The position numbers and the translations under genes are program-made. The notes under the pieces were generated by a model that did no database searches, was not told the DNA's origin, and saw only the letters and a list, made by a program, of their open reading frames with translations. Positions 13,082-27,112 of a stretch of 64,000 nt of DNA are shown here, piece by piece; the first letter of the stretch is position 1, and each line of letters starts with the position of its first letter. The stretch lies in the NCBI GenBank assembly GCA_951406725.2, contig OX597820.1:34782001-34846000 (forward strand). The letters are read 5' to 3'. This DNA comes from Octopus vulgaris. Taxonomy: Eukaryota.

Positions 13082-13268
13082 TTCCCCCAACATCACTTGA
13101 CAACCGATGCTGGTGTGTTTACGTCCCCGTAACTTAGCAGTTCGGCAAAAGAGACCGATAGAATAAGTACTAGACTTACAAAGAATAAGTCCTGGGGTCG
13201 ATTTGCTCGACTAAAGGCGGGGCTCCAGTTTGGTCACGGTCAAATGACAAACAAATAAAAGAATAAAA
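12857..13268 (+). mobile_element. SINE family A, full length
   Basis: tRNA-like head (TGGCTGTATGG, GGGTTCAGTCCC), CACCTTGGGCAAGT segment resembling the CORE-SINE motif, central (TA)n(TG)n, and tail ending AAATAAAAGAATAAAA. Confidence 0.9.
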
Positions 13269-13837
13269 ATAAATCAAAGTTTTTTATATCTGAAAAACCA
13301 TTGCTGCTAATGTGAATTTAAACAAACAAGAGAATCCTCTAATGGAAAAAAATAACAGTCCACTTGCTATCAAATCACAGCTTACAGTCTTTGAAAATAT
13401 GTAGGAAATATTGAATGATGCAGTCTTAGATTCGTATCTATTTGAATAATAAGCATCATGGTCATGACCTACGGTTAAATATCAACAGAATAAATAATTT
13501 ATAAGTACAACAAGATAATCATAGACGTAGCAGGGATGCAGTGATTATTAAAACGTTTTGTTATGAATAAATTTGAATTTTGTTTTTGCAAATCTGAATA
13601 AATAGATTCATCAAAAGGATATAAAAAAAAACGTTGTTTTGAAAACACCAAGGTTTTGAATGTGTGTGTATGAGTGTGTGTGCGCGCGCGCGTGTGTGTT
13701 TGTGTGTGTGCTTGTATGTGGTAGGTGGATTGGTGGGTGTTAGGGTTTTGTAGGGAAAGAAACGTCGTGTACACACATCATATATATACATAATCATATA
13801 TTAGCTGAAACTGGAAAAATCAAAATCAAAATCAAAA

Positions 13838-14057
13838 TCATATATATATATATATATATGTAGATACAGATATGTGTGTATGTATATATGTATATACATA
13901 TTTATAAGCTTTTTCATATATATATATAAATATACATGTATGTATAAATACAAACATATAGACACAAACATGCAAGTATGCATACGCATATGCGCGCGCA
14001 CACACATATGTATAACTGTATAAATGCACATATATGCATAAATACATACATACATAC

Positions 14058-14115
<58 letters not shown>

Positions 14116-14224
14116 TATATATACATACATATATATATGTATGTATATATATACATATATATATGCATATATGTATGTGTGTGTATGTATATATGTGTAT
14201 ATATATATATGTATATATATATAT

Positions 14225-14307
<83 letters not shown>

Positions 14308-14362
14308 TGTATGTGTGTGTATGTATATATGTGTATATATATATGTATATATATATATATAT

Positions 14363-14435
<73 letters not shown>

Positions 14436-14460
14436 TATGCACACACACATACATATACTA
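13838..14460. repeat. Long compound (TA)n/(CATA)n/(TG)n microsatellite
   Basis: Direct reading; one of many similar tracts in the window. Confidence 0.95.
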
Positions 14461-15210
14461 CATCACACACACGTATATATGCGTCACAATCACCAACGTC
14501 CGCATTAACAACAATTTCCTTATATCTTTCAGTCTGAGAAAAGACTTAAGAATTTAAGTGTCCACCATGTTTTTACAGTCTCTGTTATCTCGTTATTGTG
14601 ATGGGGCGTTATGTTGATTGATAGAACAGCCTTAACTAAAAGCAGTTGAGGCATTTTCCATATGGCGCTTATGTGTGTTGAACACCGTCAAATACTGAGA
14701 TGTTAAAACGAAGTTAATCTCTAGAGAAAGGGTCACATATTATAAGGTATTTTGTATGTAATAGAAATAAATGCTTTATAAGCGGCCTTAATATTGCATT
14801 AAATATTAGTGGCGTTTTAACAACTTCCGCCATTCAGGTTCGCAGTGAATGTAGTTGGAACGTGATATTCTTAAAAGCAGAGTTTCTCATAAGAGATGGT
14901 GGGGTTTTGTGGACTGAAAACGCGAGTAGCTATGTTGAAATATTTGATAAAATTTAGGGTGGGTAGAAATTAAAAAAATATTTTCAACATTGCAGAGAAG
15001 GGAGAGAGGAAAAATGTATTGATGTAAGCGCTAGCTGTGTGGTTAAGAAATTGGCTTTGCAAACAAGTGTTTTGGGTTAAATCCCACTGCTCGGTGTCTT
15101 AGGCAAGTGTTTTCTACGATAGCCTATTGCATGTTCTTTATGTATATATGTATATGTATGTATGTATGTATGGATTATGTATGTAGGTATGAATTATGTA
15201 TGTATGTCTG

Positions 15211-15271
<61 letters not shown>

Positions 15272-15311
15272 ACGTACATACATACATACATGCATACACA
15301 CATATACATAC

Positions 15312-15365
<54 letters not shown>

Positions 15366-15766
15366 TTATATAAAGATAGTTATGGCTGGTCTATGGGGCT
15401 GCCCAGAGTTTCACGTCTATAAAACTCTTATCTTTACAGCATCTCAGACCCTAATTGAAGATGGGTTTAAGGCCACCGGCCATTTGGGTCTGATGAGACG
15501 CTGTAAAGCAAAGCGTTTTATGGACGTGAAACATTGGGTAATCCCGTAGACCGGCCATAACAATCTTTATCTAATTACTCTACCGCTTAGAGTGTGCTTC
15601 TTTTTGGGATTTCTGTTTTACTGAAGGTATACACCGAAGAACTAGGATGCGAGCATCCTTTAAAGGATTACAGGTCCTTGGCACACACACACACACATAC
15701 ACACACACATATGTATGTATATATGTGTATATATATAATATATTCATATGTATATATGTATATATA

Positions 15767-15861
<95 letters not shown>

Positions 15862-16112
15862 GTGGAGGCGCATGGCTTAGTGGTTAAGGTGTCAGCATCT
15901 TCGTCGTAAGATTGTGGTTTCGATTCCTGGACCGGGCTACGCATTGTGTTCTTGAGCAAAACACTTCATTTCACATTGCTCCAGTTCACTCAGCTGACAA
16001 AAATGAGTAACGCTGCGATGGACTGGCGTCCCATCCAGCTGGAGAACACATCCGCCATAGAAACAGGGAAACTGGGCCCATAAGCCTGGCTAGGCTTTAA
16101 AAGAGCGCATTT
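15862..16112 (+). mobile_element. SINE family C, full length
   Basis: A box TGGCTTAGTGG, B box GGTTTCGATTCC, then TGTGTTCTTGAGCAAAACACTT and GCGATGGACTGGCGTCCCATCCAG; second copy at 6358. Confidence 0.88.
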
Positions 16113-16214
16113 ATTATTTTATTATATATATACATACATATATAAGATGCTAAATCGGCGTACACACATACATACACACGCATAGACATATATAGGTATA
16201 TGCATATATACATA

Positions 16215-16273
<59 letters not shown>

Positions 16274-16712
16274 ATATATATGTATATATATACGTGTATG
16301 TGTATGTATGTGTATCCAAAATTGTGAGACACTTTTACTATTAAATTGTTAAGCTAATATCAGCTGTTAAAACTTGTGCGTTCTGTGTTATCTTTTCTGT
16401 TTTTTTTATTTCTCTTTTTATTGTTCATTGTATACCCACTATATATACACACATGCATATATATATAAATACATACATACAAACACACACACGCTCATAT
16501 ACGTACATACATGCATATGTAGATATATGTGTGCGTGCATGTGCGTGTACACATTCGTTAATAGCAAAACCACGTGACAATCACACACAAAAGCTTAAAA
16601 CCACTGACAAATACCGCCATTGTGTTTGTTTCTCTTTTTCTCGTTTACTTCCTTTGACCTTTACAAACGCTTCCGTTTCTTCCCTTCACCCTCCATTTAT
16701 CTTTCCGTCCAC

Positions 16713-16746
<34 letters not shown>

Positions 16747-17333
16747 ACAGCTATATTTGTCAGTCTGCCTGTCTGTCTCTGTCTCTCTGTCATTCTCTCT
16801 CTTCTGTGCCCCTTTGAACACAGAAGTGTATATATATTTATGCATGTATATATATGTATATATATATATATATATATACATGTAGTTATGGTATATTCCG
16901 TTAGGAACGTGGCACAGTTCAGTATAATGTTCATCCACCCTTGGAATTACCCAATACTATCTTGTAGCATTATTATAAAGTTTTAAGTTTACGTTTGGGC
17001 ATTCGTCGTGTGTGAATATTACATTGTCCAAATGTATTCCTTGTGGACTCCAATTTCTGCAATACATACACACATACTTACAAAGAAAGAGAGGGAGAGA
17101 GAGAGAGAGAGATACATACACACATGCATACGTATATATGTATCTACTCATATACATACATACACACATATACAAATATACATATATACATGCATAGATA
17201 TACTTGCATGTATGTGGGCTCGCGTGTATGGGTGTGCGTTGTGTATGAGCGCGTGTATGTGAGTGTGTATATGTGTGCGTGTGCGTGCGCGCACGAGTGT
17301 ATGTGTGAATGTGTTTGTGCGTGTGCGTGCGTC

Positions 17334-17364
<31 letters not shown>

Positions 17365-17434
17365 ATTCAATTAAAGTCTTCAAGACGATTTTCACCCTGG
17401 CCAGCCATAGTTAAGGAGCGAAATAGAAGAATTA

Positions 17435-17585
17435 CACGTCGCAACTCATTTCTAAGGCTGAATGAACTGGAACGATGTAAAATAAAGTGTCTTGCTCAAG
17501 AACACGATACAGCCCGGTCCGGGAATCGTACTCACTATCTCATGTTTGTTAGCCCGAAGCTCTAGCCCCCGAGCCATGCGCCTAC
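17435..17585 (-). mobile_element. SINE family E, head only
   Basis: Matches 37360-37512 (GTCGCAACTCATTTCT..TTGCTCAAGAACAC..GAGCCATGCGCC). Confidence 0.7.
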
Positions 17586-18242
17586 ACACACACATACAGA
17601 GTGAGAGAGAGAATAAGAGAGAGAGAGAAAAAGAAAGAGGGAAAAGAGCTATTAGACACATACATATATGTGCATATGTTATATACAAGAATACATACAT
17701 ACATACATACATACATACATACATACATACATACATACATACATACATACATACATACATACATACATACATACATAGATGCATATATATGTACATACAT
17801 ACACTCACACATGTGTAAGCAGCAAAGTATATATTTACTCATATATAGAATCCAGAAATGAGTTTCCTTTCGTGGTGTAATTCTATACGGTGTGTGGGAT
17901 GGGTATAGAATTCTATAAGAGGCGTCATACAATTGTATTGAATGAACGTTATCAGAGAGAAACAACCAGCATCATAAACAGCAACATCCAGAGCAGCAGA
18001 GCGATAACATCACCAACAAGAACAAGAAGAATAATATCAAGAATGACAGCAAGGAAGACAGAAACAACAACAACAATAATAGTTACAGTGATGACAACAA
18101 TAATCACCACAACGTCTCTGCTGCAATAAGTTGATACTTTTAATTACATTGTCAGTTATTAATATAATTACATTTTTATCGTCGACGCCTGCTCCCTACC
18201 TCTAGATATGTGTTATGCGTGTATATATATATAATATACATG

Positions 18243-18344
<102 letters not shown>

Positions 18345-18485
18345 ATATTTATGTATATAAATATATGTATATACCGACATACATATATCTATACATTCAC
18401 CTATCTATCTGTGTATCTCTCTCTCTCTCAATCTACACACATATACACACACACACACATATATATATATACATATATGTGTGTG

Positions 18486-18599
<114 letters not shown>

Positions 18600-18644
18600 T
18601 TGATACATATGTGTGTGTGCGTGTGTGTGTATGCATTATGTATG

Positions 18645-18675
<31 letters not shown>

Positions 18676-20278
18676 CTGTATGTATGTATATGCGTGTATA
18701 TATATGTGTTTATATATGTATATATTTACATATATATGTGTGTGTATATATATGTATGTATATATGTATACACACATACACACGCAGAAACATAATCAGA
18801 AAGAGCTGTAGCCACAAGATACAAACACACCTACGTATAGATATACTAACTGAAATACGCACGCATAAATGTGCTTCTATACATATGGACATGTGTAAAA
18901 GTATACATATTTAGAAATAACTTATACCTATTTATACCTAATTCAATATCTATCTGTATACAATTTAATACAGGCTTACAAACACACGCATATACTCACA
19001 CGTAGATATATGAAGAAGTGTACGCGTGTGAGCCTGCATGTGTGTATGTCTGTGCGTGTATGCGTGTACATGCGTGTGTATGTGTGTGAGTGTGTGTGTG
19101 TGTGTGTGCGTGTGTGAGTGTGTGTGTGTGTTTCTGAAGATTGAATATTTTCGCTGACTTTTTATAAATTTCAGCATTTACCAAGAACTTTTTTCAATGA
19201 AACTTTAGAAATGTCGTTACATGATCTTTTAGATTCTACAAGAGCTCTTCACTAGGTTTCCCCCTATTAGACAAATAGGTGCCATTAACGATACAGATAC
19301 TCCTAAATACTATCGCACAGTTAATTATTTTGTCACCAAAATTCTCGGGCTCTTGTGGCCCATTAAAAGAAATCATTTGGAGCAGAATCGTTAGAGCGTC
19401 GTACAAAATACCTTGTGGTGTTTGTTTCGTTTCTATATGCTTTGAGGTCAAATCACAACGGGGTCAACTTTACTTTCCATCATTCTGGGGTGGATAGAAT
19501 AAGTCCCCTTTCTGCATTTAGGTCCATTTTTCCCTTTTAGAGGTATGTATTGGTAAATTCTTTCAAAGCGTTGAACCAATTACTATGCATATTTGTTCCG
19601 GCTCTTACACTCAGAGTTCAATTCTTCTGGAGTCGCTAGATAAGATAATCAACTTTTACATGGATTCTTCACTTTAGGAATATTTAGACAGTCTGACGAA
19701 TTCCTTGCCGGGTTCTTCCAACTCATATTCAAATCCCGTGGAGTTCAAGTTCGCTGTGCATCCTTCCAGGGTCAGTAAAATAAAATGCCACTCAAGTATC
19801 CTGGTCGATGTAATCGCCTATTCCTCTTTCTTCAGCTTTCGTGCCTTGTTTCTTATGTTAGTAAATACTGCTGTCGGGAGGTTCCAATATTTTGCTCCGA
19901 GAATTCTCAAGTTTGAATGATGAAACTAAATTTCATTTTGGATACTATTTCAAACTGGGACTATTATTGAATTTTTGGGAATGTCTACCTCACTACAGGG
20001 ATAGACAAGGTCGTTTCTGCTTTAACTCTTTCTGTTTTATTGTGCTAAAAATTCTAAGACAAAAACAGGTTTCTTCTTTTTTAGGATCCACCCCGATGAG
20101 AAATTGCTTTGCAACTATTGAAATATAAAAAAAAAACAAAAATAAATATTAAAATATGATTAATGAGCACACGAACAAATGAATGACCGGAAATTTAAAA
20201 AAATATTGACTTTTCAGCAAGAAACAACGAGCGGACAGAACACTTCAAAACAACATCATCATCATCATCATCATTATC

Positions 20279-20309
<31 letters not shown>

Positions 20310-21274
20310 TTAGCAGCAGCAGCAGCAGCAGAAGTAACTATATACTTTCAAGAACTTCGTCAAGACGAAACTGTATTGAGCAATAACAAAATGCACTCGA
20401 ACAGAGGCACGCAAGAGGAGGAGTCTAACCTCCGTAGTCTTAGCAAAGCCCTGGGTCAGGTAGGTTCAGGGGAATCTCCATTAGTGAAAGATAGAGGTCG
20501 GATGATACCTTAAGTGTCATCATCTTTAAAACAGAGGACGGATTTTAAAGCACAACCTCAAATCGTCCTTATAAACCAATCCAACAATATTTGAGAATGT
20601 AAAACACAAGAGTCGTCGTTAGAAACATTGGTGACGATTTGATCCCTGGCTTGCAGTCACGGCGTAATTTTCGACAATATATTGTCGTGTGAGTGGGGTG
20701 AAGCAGGGTTCCTCGTGGACATACAAGTTCTCATGTTTCTGCAAGACTAAATAACAATTCCAGAGCTGTGTTCTGTGGATGGTACTGACATGGAAACCTT
20801 CAAACACTGCATTCAGGACAGAAAACCTGTGGCAACAAAAGCCGTTTAAGGGTTTTTGTGCACATAATGACTCAAGGAAAAAAAGCGACAAGAATACAAT
20901 ATTAAGATTGATTGGTTTAACTCTGGAGTCATAAAAAAAGCCCTGTATTCAACTAACCAACAGATTGGAGGACCACCTCTGCTAGCCACAACCATCAGAA
21001 ATAAAAAGCAGCAATAACGGTAAAATATAAACGACCAGGAATCACCTCCTTATCACCACAATTTTTTATTTATTTCATGTAAATATCTGTGCGCCTACGC
21101 ACGTCTATAATTTCTAGTTCGTACAATTATATATTATATAACGTCTACTACGCCTCCTATTGATCTTGTCTGAACTATTCATCCCACATCCCACATCTTT
21201 CAAAGCACTACGTTGAACATTTCTTTATATTTTTCTGTACCTCTTCGAAGACTTGTGGCTAATCATCATCATTA

Positions 21275-21318
<44 letters not shown>

Positions 21319-21322
21319 GTTA

Positions 21323-21405
<83 letters not shown>

Positions 21406-21884
21406 GCCTTTGCACAGCTTCCAACGCTGGAGATGTACTACAGTGTCAGCTGTTCACTACCAGTGAACTAAGGTAACACCTCTTATTTTTCGAGCACCTT
21501 CCGGAGTATTCGAGCGGAGCTGTTTTCTGCAAGTGCGCCACCCTTATTGCAGCCCCTATTTGTACCACGTACTTCTCGAGATTTTTACTCACTGTTCCCA
21601 GGGCTCCGACAATTATTGGTACTACTGTTACCTTTTTCCTCGACCACACCTGCTTAACCTCCAAAGCTAACCTGTCATATCTCTCGACTTTTCTTTCTTC
21701 TTTATCGCATAGCTTGTCAGCTGGGCGTGCTATATCTATGATCCAGCATAGTTTGTTTTCTTTCTCAACTAAGACTATGTCCGGCTTCCTATTCTCAATC
21801 TCATAATCCCACTGAATCATAAAATCCCATAGGATCTTTGCATTTCTATTTTCCACGATGCCTTCAGGTTTGTGATCGTACCAA
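21406..21884 (-). mobile_element. 5'-truncated R4/Dong-like non-LTR retrotransposon (restriction-like endonuclease domain plus 3' UTR) inside (TAA)n
   Basis: Translation WYDHKPEGIVEN..KILWDF..NRKPDIVLV..IIDIA..PIIVGALG..LQKTA, then frameshifted ARILRKVLEK*. This is the RLE C-terminus with its RKPD motif. Long (TTA)n tracts flank it at about 21270-21405 and 21885-22025. Confidence 0.88.
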
Positions 21885-21899
21885 TTTATTATTATTATC

Positions 21900-22030
<131 letters not shown>

Positions 22031-22284
22031 TGCAGTTGTTGCTGCTGATAGTGGTGGTGGTGGTGCTGTTGCTATTATCATTGTTGAAGGGTGTATATTG
22101 TATTGTAAAGGGAAAGTCCCTGGCTGCTGTATCAAAACATGATCCGTTTCTCTAATTGCTTTCCATTTTCCGATATTAATCTGACATGAATCGCCATTCC
22201 ACCGAGTTGACCTTTTACATGAAAGAAACTAAGGAAGACTCAACTGTTGCTTGTTGCTTCTGCTGCTGATGGTGGTGGTGGGGG

Positions 22285-22368
<84 letters not shown>

Positions 22369-22643
22369 TGTTATTTCTTACTTTTATCCCGGGAAGATGT
22401 GTGGAGGGCAATTCTCTAAAAATATTATTTGTAAATAGCTTTTCAGGCGATGGTTGCTATTGCTGTTGCTGTTGTTGTAGATGTTATTGTTTTTTTTATA
22501 TTGATATTGATGTTACGTTCTTGTTGATATCGTTGACGTTGATGTTGTCGTTGATGTTGATGTTACCGATGATGATGCTGTTGATGCTGTTGCTCTTGAT
22601 GTTGTTACTTATCGTTGCTGTTGTTTCTGCAGTCGACACTACG

Positions 22644-22731
<88 letters not shown>

Positions 22732-22893
22732 TTGTTGCTGTTATTATCATCATCATCGTCATCATTTTGTTATTTTGTTATTTAATTATTTTATTTCACT
22801 ATATGTAAAAAAAAACCCACACTTTATGTCTGTTTTTGTATTGTCCCCCTCATCCTTCACCCTGGTGGCAAATAAATGAAATCATCATCATCA

Positions 22894-22946
<53 letters not shown>

Positions 22947-23289
22947 TTGTTGTTGTTGCTGTTGTTGCTTTGGTTGATACTGATTCAAACGGCTCAAGTT
23001 TTTTTCTTTTTCTTTTTTATTCTTATACTTGTTTCAGTCATTAGACTGCGGCCATGCTGGGGCACTGCCTTGAAGAATTTTTATCAACGCATAAAAACCC
23101 TTACCCGAAAATTATGTAATTCTATAGTCCGAGCTGAAATTACTTAATCGACGATCAGCATTAATCCTATCTTGCCGACGTAGGATCTTCAAAACTCTAA
23201 GATTATTTAAGCCTATTATAATTCTGAAACTGTAATATTATAATGTTCTTATGTTCCCACATCCTTTGTATATATTGGTATAGTTTTAA

Positions 23290-24000
23290 TAGCTTCTGTA
23301 TGATACCGTAGTACTTCTTGCTTCTACTTAATTAGCGAGTTAAATTCTTTCATCATTAAATATTTTTATACATAAAATTATGATATATTACATATAATAG
23401 CTAGTGTGTTTCTTTTTCTCAATTTATTTGTCTTTCCTTCTTTGTAATTATATCTGACAAACTTGGCAACCAGAACGCATTAAAGTAAAACTCTGATCTT
23501 TTTAAAGTACCATCTTTTACTCCATTAATCTAATTTAGTTATAACAAGATACAACTTTATCTGCATTAGCCGTTTAGTCATTTAACCTCACATCCAACTA
23601 ACAAATTAATGCAATTTGTTTTTCTTTTAGCTCCAGTATATTCTTTAAATGTTATTTTCATTAGCTTTTCCATAAATAGTTGTTTATCATCAACTCTCAT
23701 TTAATTATTTATTCAGCTTCACTTTATGTCCTTAATTCTATCTAATTATTTTGTTGGTATTACTTCACTGTATTTCTTAGTGCTTCTAAAATAAAATAAG
23801 TTTGATAGTATATCTTGCTACAACTTCTTAATGATAGTCTTATATTTCCGCTGATTCTAATTTTGTTTATACCTTCTTCGATGTTTCACAATATCTTTCC
23901 TGTTTTTAGCTTTAATTCCAGAGCATTTGTCTGTATTTCTCTTCACATTTCTTGCTTTGAACGGATATATTACGCTATATTGATGGCGCCTTTGATTTCG
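23290..24000 (-). mobile_element. Possible highly decayed LINE coding fragment
   Basis: Strand-biased A-rich minus strand with interrupted protein-like stretches (e.g. GKIL*NIEEG); no diagnostic motif. Confidence 0.25.
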
Positions 24001-24090
24001 TAATTCTCCGGTCTCAACACACTTCAAAATATTTCCAATAATTAATTGTAACTTACATAAATATTATTAATTTGACATAACTATTTAATT

Positions 24091-24331
24091 ACTTTATTTC
24101 ACGTTGCTCCAGTTCACTCAGCTGTAGAAATGAGCTGCGACGTCACTGGTGCCAAGCTGTATCGACCTTTGTCTTTCCCTTGGATAACACTGGTGGCGTG
24201 GAGAGGGAGGCTGGTATGCATGGGCGACTGCTGGCCTTCCATAAACAACCTTGCCCGGACTTGTGTCTAGGAGGATAACTTTCTAGGTGCAATCCCATGG
24301 TCATTCATGACCGAAGGGGGTCTTTACCCCT
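24091..24331 (+). mobile_element. SINE family E, 5'-truncated
   Basis: Near-identical reverse complement of 37171-37412. Confidence 0.88.
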
Positions 24332-24942
24332 ATATTTTAACGATTACTCGTTTTATTTATAAATTTCAATATATATATTACACCTCAAAGTTAAAATTCA
24401 CTCAATGACTTTGATCGTCTGTCTGCTTCTAATATTGATATATACGCATATAAATAATCTTTTAATAAAAAACCACAGATCTTGTAAATACAGTTACCTA
24501 GGGTTTCCTGAGCAAAATGATTTATTCCGCCATTTATCAAGCTGGGAACAAGACTGTTTGTCCGTTGTATTTTAAGCTGATAATGTTTATACAAGAGATG
24601 CTGGTAAAGAAGACAAGAAGAAAAGCAGAAAGGAGATGCATATATGTTCGTGTACACACACATGCACGCACGTGCACACACACATACAATAAGAACATCC
24701 AACCTAACATGGTTGTGTTGTTTAAAACGCCTTATATTGCTGTAAACATTCCGAAAAAGCATTTCGTAAGTGTACACATGTATGTATGCCATTATTCAAT
24801 TTTATTTCAAGAAACAGAAAGAGCCGGTTTCTAATCTAGATCCAAGGCTCGTTTATTATGTGTATGTATGAATAGAAGGATAGATCGATAGATATGTGTG
24901 TTTATATATATAGGTGTGTGTGCGTGTGTATATATATTCTTT

Positions 24943-25026
24943 ATTATTAAAGCTGCAAAAACATCGCAAAAATATCACAAAGAACTGCGACTGTGATATT
25001 TTTGTGATGTTTTTGCAGCTTTCATA
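24943..25026. repeat. Inverted repeat (about 35 bp arms)
   Basis: AAAGCTGCAAAAACATCGCAAAAATATCACA ... TGTGATATTTTTGTGATGTTTTTGCAGCTTT. Confidence 0.85.
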
Positions 25027-25711
25027 AGAAAGCATATTACTCTACCTTTGGTATTCGAGTACTATTTTTCCAGCTTGTTTCATATTTACGTGCTTACTCG
25101 GTCACACACACACACACAAATACATATATATATATATTCATACATACCTATTCGTTATTAAGAAAGGAAGCGGTATTAGTTCACAGTAGCAGTCTATATA
25201 TCATACTTAAAATAGATACTCTATTAAAAACATGAAATCAGCCGTATTCGTCTCCAGGAAGCATCTGTTATGGACCTATGCTTGTAAAGTTATACATATA
25301 ACAGCTTAGCAGCAATCTGAAGAATTGTTTCATCACATTTTAGTAATGTGTATATTTATTTTTGTTATTTACTTGTTTGACTGCAGCCAAGCTGGGGCAC
25401 TACCTTGGACGGTTTTAATCGTACAAATCGACCCCAGTACTTATTTTAAAAAACAATCCTTGTGCTTATTCTATCAGCCTCTTTTGCCGAACCACCTAGT
25501 TACAGGGTTGTATTCACACCAACATCGGTTGTCAAGTGGTGGTGGTGGTGGTGGGGAATAACCACAGAGACAAACACACAAACACACACATAGATAAATA
25601 CATAATAATGCATACATACATATGTGTGTGTGTGTGAGTGTGTGTGTATTTCTTCCACTCTTCCTCACTCTTTATATATATGTATGTATCTGACTATCTA
25701 TCTGTCTACCA

Positions 25712-25785
<74 letters not shown>

Positions 25786-26949
25786 ATACACCCAAACACA
25801 CACACGAGCGCGCACTCGCTCTGGTGATTATGTCAGTTTTGTTTTATGATTCCCTACACATAGCATATTGACCCTTTATGGACAAAAGGTGAAACCGAGT
25901 CATACTCTATGTTAATTGGGAACAATAAGGCTCTGTTTGGGGTTTGGTTATATCGGAATACCAGCTTCAATAAAGACTCTTGTGTATGTAGCAAGCAGAC
26001 GGTAGGTGACAGCGGCGGGGAGAGGGGAGAGTGGTGAAGGCGGCATCGGGGGTCAATGAAGGAATAAAGATCCGGATGTGTTTTGTCTACATACACGTCC
26101 CTTTATGCTACAATATGATAAATACAAAACTCCTAATTTTGATACTTAAATAAATAATAACTTTTACAGGGCAGATGGATGTATTTCTGAAGACCTTACG
26201 TCTATCCCCCTTTGTATCCCACTCCATTTTCTGTTGTTAATAAAGACCCTTGTGTGGATAGACTGCGTATCTAAATTAGGGTTCAAATAGCTTCTCTTAT
26301 ATATTATCTCTCTGTGGAATAAATGTACGGGATTAGTAGGTTAAAGGAATGAAGGAATGAAAGGCTAGAGAGTCTGAAAGTGTCTGTGAATTGAAAAAGG
26401 AAATCGTGTGTTAACGAGAACACAGAAAGACATACTTGGATGTAATTGAATATAAAAAGAAAAATATTTGAGGTTTCTGGTTATGTGAAATACGTGCATT
26501 ATGATTTATCGTTAGGAACACTGAACTAACTTGGCCTAAAAACATTGTTTATATAATTAGAAACGTACATACAAACATACATACATATAAAGATACATAC
26601 ATACATACATACATACATACAAAACCAGAAAGGAGAAAGCTAATTCGAAGACTACAGATCCAATAATCAATAGAACTGTAAAAATCTGTAAAACTTACCA
26701 GAGGTTTATCATTGAAATATATATGAGCATGTCTAGATATGCAACTATGTGCTTGAGAATACATACATAAAACAAAGCATACAAATCTGCACATATTCAT
26801 ACATTCATGCATACATACATGCATACAAAAATAACCTAGCCTTGGATCTATGATAGAAACCGGATCTTTCTCTTTTGGCAAGCAATCTTGAAATAAAAGT
26901 GAACTATGACATACAAACTTTAGCACAGCATTTGTAAGGGAGAGGGTAA

Positions 26950-27112
26950 TGCGATTACATTGATTTCAGTGTTCAACTGATACTTATTTATCGACCTCGA
27001 AAGGAAGAAAGGCAAAGTCGGCCTTGGTGGAATTTGAACTCAGAATGTGAAGACGACGAAACGCCCCAAAGCATTTTGTCCGGTGTGTTAACGATTCTGC
27101 CAGTTCGCCGTC
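26950..27112 (-). mobile_element. SINE family B
   Basis: TACTTATTTATCGACC..AAAGGCAAAGTCG..GGAATTTGAACTCAGAA..AACGATTCTGCCAG. Confidence 0.8.

Noticed and set aside
15862-15935. tRNA-like sequences (also near 37440-37510, 40020-40095, 46640-46715)
   Set aside because: They are SINE heads with A/B boxes that run directly into SINE bodies and lack a proper acceptor stem.
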